This document shows positions 60,366 to 64,000 of a stretch of 64,000 bases of DNA, one piece after another; within the stretch, counting starts at the first letter, position 1, and every line of letters starts with the position of its first letter. The DNA is taken from the NCBI GenBank assembly GCA_043228905.1, contig JBHGNT010000004.1, positions 24,180,001 through 24,244,000 on the forward strand, in the 5' to 3' direction. The notes beneath the pieces are model-generated. The model saw only the letters and a program-made list of their open reading frames with translations. It was not told the DNA's origin and made no database searches. A program made the translations under genes and the position numbers. Source of the DNA: Azolla caroliniana. Lineage: Eukaryota > Plantae > Polypodiophyta.

Positions 60366-63300
60366 TGTTGGGATTACGGTCCCTTCGGATGGGATGGTCG
60401 GATGTCGGAGATGAATGCCGACGAGCCCGGTTTCGGTTTCGGAACCGGATGATGAAGACCCCGGCTTCGGAGCCGGATGACGAATGTACCCGGAGAGCGA
60501 TCCGGATGCAGGGACATATCCGTGAATATGTTTGCTATGGGCCCCTGAGGCTATAGTTGTAAATAGCCCCAAAGTCATATATGTATAAATATGACTTAGG
60601 GCAAACTGTTTTATTGCTGCTGATCATTTTTCTGTTTTTTCCACTCAAGAGGAGTGAAGAGGGAGCAGCCGTGTGAGAGAGAGAGAGAGAGAGAGATAGA
60701 GCGTGAGAGAGGAAGAGGACGACGCCTCTGTGTATTTCCGCCGCCTGTGGCGAGGACAGCGAGCTCAAGGTCGTCGCCTTGCAGCTCGCCATTGTATACT
60801 TCTCTTTGTATAGTGTTGGTTTGGAGTCTTGTACTCTCGTGGTTTTTCCCATCTAGGGTTTTCCACGTTAATCCCTGTGTATTCGTGTGTTTCTCTCTGT
60901 GGTTCCTATTTTTTGCTGCATTGATTCGCGATTACTCGGTTGTGGCCGAGTGGTGAAGGTGAATCGAAGCGTCGATTCCCAACAAACTGGTATCAGAGCG
61001 AGCTGCTGCAGAAAATGGAAGGCGGCGGCAGCGGGCAGCCGGGGATGATGGTGCTGAATGCGCAGAATTACGTCGACTGGAAGATCAAGATGGAGGATCT
61101 TTTGATTGTTCGGGACCTGTACGAACCGATTGACAGGTCGGAAATACCGAAGGGGGTACTTGAGTCGGAATGGAGGCTTCTGAACCGGAAAGCCGTTGCA
61201 ACCATTCGGCAATACGTCGACGTGAGCGTTCTACAACATGTGGCGAACGACACCAACGCATATGAGATGTGGCGGAAGCTGTCGGGCCTCTATGAGAGGA
61301 AGAATGCGTTGAACCGGACCTCCCTGATGAGGAAGATAGTGAATCTCAAGTACCGGGACGGCGAGAGTATGGTGGAACACGTAAGCACGTTCATGGGATT
61401 CGTGAATCAGCTTGCGGCGATCAAGTTCCCGTTGGAGGATGCAATGCAAGCCATCATCCTGATGTGTACATTGCCGGAAAGCTGGGAGAACTTGGTGGTG
61501 ACTCTCAGCACCTCCTGCACCGAAGATAACTTGTCCTTACAAACGGTAAAGACAAGTATTTTGAACGAAGAAGCGCGTCGGAGAGATAAAGAACCGGCCT
61601 CCGACTCGAAGGCGCTGCTTACCGAATCGGATCGGGGAAGACAATGGAACCGGAGTCCGCAAAGACGGGAGAAGTCGGGGACCCGGTCGCAGTCAAGAGG
61701 AAGGCCCACATGCTTCCACTGTGGGAAGCCGGGGCACTTCCGAAAGAATTGTCGGCATTACCGAAAAGACAACGGAGCCGACGACACCGATTCGAAGAAG
61801 TCACCGGAGAGAAACGGTGCATACCGGGGAGCCACGGACCGGAGAGGTTCGGATCGGCGAGGGCAGGACCGGAAAGGAACAACGGCACTCGCGGCAAGTG
61901 AGGAAGAAATCATGCTCATCACCGAAGAAGGTGAACTAAACATTGCCGGCGATGAGACGACCTGGGTGGTCGATTCCGGAGCATCGTTCCATCTGACCCC
62001 GGAGAGAAGATACTTCTCATCCTACACAGCCGGTGAGCATGGCTGTGTTCGGATGGGAAATGAAGGTACGTGCCGGATTGCCGGCATAGGAGACGTGTGG
62101 TTGACAACCCCGACCGGATGCAAAATGCTGCTGAAGGATGTCCGACACGTTCCGGAGGTTCGATTGAACCTGATTTCGGCCGGGAGGCTAGACGATGAAG
62201 GCTACACAGGTAGCATCCGGAACGGCGTAATGAAGTTCAGCAAGGGGAGCCTGATAGTGGCTCGGGCCCGGAAAGACAACACATTGTACCTGATGAATGC
62301 CCGGTTATGTCCGGAAGAGCTGAATGTGGCAGCCGACACTGCCGGTGAGCTGTGGCACAAAAGACTGTGTCACATGAGTGAGAAGGGGATGAAGAGGCTT
62401 GCAGAAGACAACCTTATTCCAGTGAAGCATGTGCACCTGGAGAAGTGCACCGATTGCCTGGCCGGTAAGCAGAACCGAACCTCCTTCCACTCAAGGCCAC
62501 CGACGAGACGTAGCGCACCATTGGAGTTGGTGCACACTGATGTGTGTCAGGTAGAAACGAAGTCACATGGCGGAGCCCAGTACTTCGTAACATTCATTGA
62601 TGATCACAGCCGGAAGCTGTGGACGGCACCGCTGAAGACAAAGGACCAAGTGTTGTGCGTCTTCAAAGAACTCCACGCAAGAGTGGAAAGGGAATCCGGC
62701 AAGAAGCTGAAAGCGATACGAGCGGATAACGGAGGGGAATACCGGGGGCAGTTCCAGGAGTACTGTCGCTCGAAGGGAATCCGGCTCGAGTTTACTGTGC
62801 CGAAGACGCCGGAACTAAACGGGCTGGCCGAGAGGGTGAACCGGACCATAATGGAGAGGGTCCGGAGTATGCTGGCGCATGCGAAATTACCCAAGGGGTT
62901 TTGGGCTGAGGCAATGTCGACGGCGACATACGTGATAAACAGATCACCCTCAGTACCTTTGGACGGAGACACGCCGCAGAAAGTGTGGACCGGTAAGGAA
63001 GTGTCCTACCGGCATCTGAAGGTGTTCGGGTGTCTCGCATACGTGCATGTGGCAAAGGACCGGAGAGGAAAGCTAGATCCAAAGACCCGGCCATGCATAT
63101 TCCTCGGTTACGGCGACGACGAGTTCGGCTACCGAGTATGGGACCCGGTCGACAAGAAGATATTCAGGAGTCGAGACATCATCTTCATGGAGGACAAGAC
63201 ACTCGCCGACTGGGAGTCGGAGAAGAAGATGAAGAGCTCCAAGTCGACCGGTGAGGATCAACTCTACGAAGAGCAGTCCCGACCGGCAAGGGACCGGTTA

Positions 63301-64000
63301 GCACTCGAGGATCCGGCCGAAGACGGTGAAGAAACAGAACCGGCCGAAGAAGATGAAAATGATACCGGAACCGGCCCCGATCCCGAAATGGATTCGGATG
63401 AAGAAGAATCGGAAGAACCGGTTACCGAAGCTCCGGAACGGAGATATCCTCTAAGAGAGAGAAGGGCCCCCCGGAGATTTCCGGAACTAGAGCACGTGCT
63501 GCTAACCGACGAGGGGGAGCCGGAGAGCTTTGAAGAAGCAAAACATGACACCCAGAGCCGCAGGTGGTTGAGTGCCATGCAGGACGAGATGGATTCCCTG
63601 CATGAGAACCACACATATGAACTTGTGGAGTTGCCGAAAGGAAAGCGGGCACTTCGAAACAAGTGGGTGTTCAAGCTGAAACCGGGAGATGCCGGAAACC
63701 CCCCGAGATACAAAGCCAGGATCGTGGTGAAGGGGTTTCAGCAGAAGAAGGGCGTCGACTTCGACGAGATATTTGCCCCGGTAGTGAAGATGACCTCCAT
63801 CCGGACGGTGCTGAGCATAGCGGCAAGCATGGACCTCGAGGTAGAACAGATGGACGTGAAGACGGCATTCCTTCATGGTGACCTCGATGAAGAGATCTAC
63901 ATGCAGCAACCGGAAGGATTCGAGAAGAAAGGGAAGGAGCACCTGGTATGCCGGTTGAAGAAGAGCCTTTACGGACTGAAGCAGGCTCCCCGGCAATGGT
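60366..64000 (+). mobile_element. Second Tnt1-like Copia (N): 5' LTR 60366-60984, PBS 60988-60999; runs off the window
   Basis: TGTTGGGA..TCCCAACA termini; TGGTATCAGAGC. Confidence 0.95.
61015..64000 (+). CDS. Copia polyprotein, apparently open to the window end (absent from the ORF track, presumably because it has no stop)
   Basis: ATGGAAGGC at 61015; colinear with 40618 onward up to [13 protein letters not shown]. Confidence 0.9.
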   Translation, partial: MEGGGSGQPGMMVLNAQNYVDWKIKMEDLLIVRDLYEPIDRSEIPKGVLESEWRLLNRKAVATIRQYVDVSVLQHVANDTNAYEMWRKLSGLYERKNALNRTSLMRKIVNLKYRDGESMVEHVSTFMGFVNQLAAIKFPLEDAMQAIILMCTLPESWENLVVTLSTSCTEDNLSLQTVKTSILNEEARRRDKEPASDSKALLTESDRGRQWNRSPQRREKSGTRSQSRGRPTCFHCGKPGHFRKNCRHYRKDNGADDTDSKKSPERNGAYRGATDRRGSDRRGQDRKGTTALAASEEEIMLITEEGELNIAGDETTWVVDSGASFHLTPERRYFSSYTAGEHGCVRMGNEGTCRIAGIGDVWLTTPTGCKMLLKDVRHVPEVRLNLISAGRLDDEGYTGSIRNGVMKFSKGSLIVARARKDNTLYLMNARLCPEELNVAADTAGELWHKRLCHMSEKGMKRLAEDNLIPVKHVHLEKCTDCLAGKQNRTSFHSRPPTRRSAPLELVHTDVCQVETKSHGGAQYFVTFIDDHSRKLWTAPLKTKDQVLCVFKELHARVERESGKKLKAIRADNGGEYRGQFQEYCRSKGIRLEFTVPKTPELNGLAERVNRTIMERVRSMLAHAKLPKGFWAEAMSTATYVINRSPSVPLDGDTPQKVWTGKEVSYRHLKVFGCLAYVHVAKDRRGKLDPKTRPCIFLGYGDDEFGYRVWDPVDKKIFRSRDIIFMEDKTLADWESEKKMKSSKSTGEDQLYEEQSRPARDRLALEDPAEDGEETEPAEEDENDTGTGPDPEMDSDEEESEEPVTEAPERRYPLRERRAPRRFPELEHVLLTDEGEPESFEEAKHDTQSRRWLSAMQDEMDSLHENHTYELVELPKGKRALRNKWVFKLKPGDAGNPPRYKARIVVKGFQQKKGVDFDEIFAPVVKMTSIRTVLSIAASMDLEVEQMDVKTAFLHGDLDEEIYMQQPEGFEKKGKEHLVCRLKKSLYGLKQAPRQW

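Overview
Eukaryotic heterochromatin-like window, most likely from a non-seed land plant (inference from plant-type tRNA-Trp/iMet primer sites, a Tnt1-like Copia and (AG)n tracts). No host gene is recognisable. Bases 1-5.5 kb hold a decayed, spliced DNA-transposase gene (DFAENY..EVQSMHW, Sola2-like) and a 5'-truncated Penelope-like retroelement with no visible endonuclease and a degenerate hammerhead motif. The remaining ~58 kb is a nest of LTR retrotransposons up to four levels deep. It contains about ten copies or solo LTRs of one Ty3/Gypsy lineage (tRNA-Trp PBS, gag-protease ORF, -1 frameshift into RT-RH-IN, 4-bp TSDs), one intact young Ty1/Copia (39898-45365), a second Copia running off the window end, and older Copia relics. 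Letters A-N are my own labels. Most notable signals: (1) every readable Gypsy insertion site is centred on CpG (NCGN) or its deaminated form; (2) a GGATTTT slippery site followed by a covarying pseudoknot, placed after the protease; (3) a tRNA-like Pol III module inside both LTRs of one Gypsy element; (4) covarying 3'UTR/U3 pairing around the PPT; (5) the Penelope-like element with its hammerhead.
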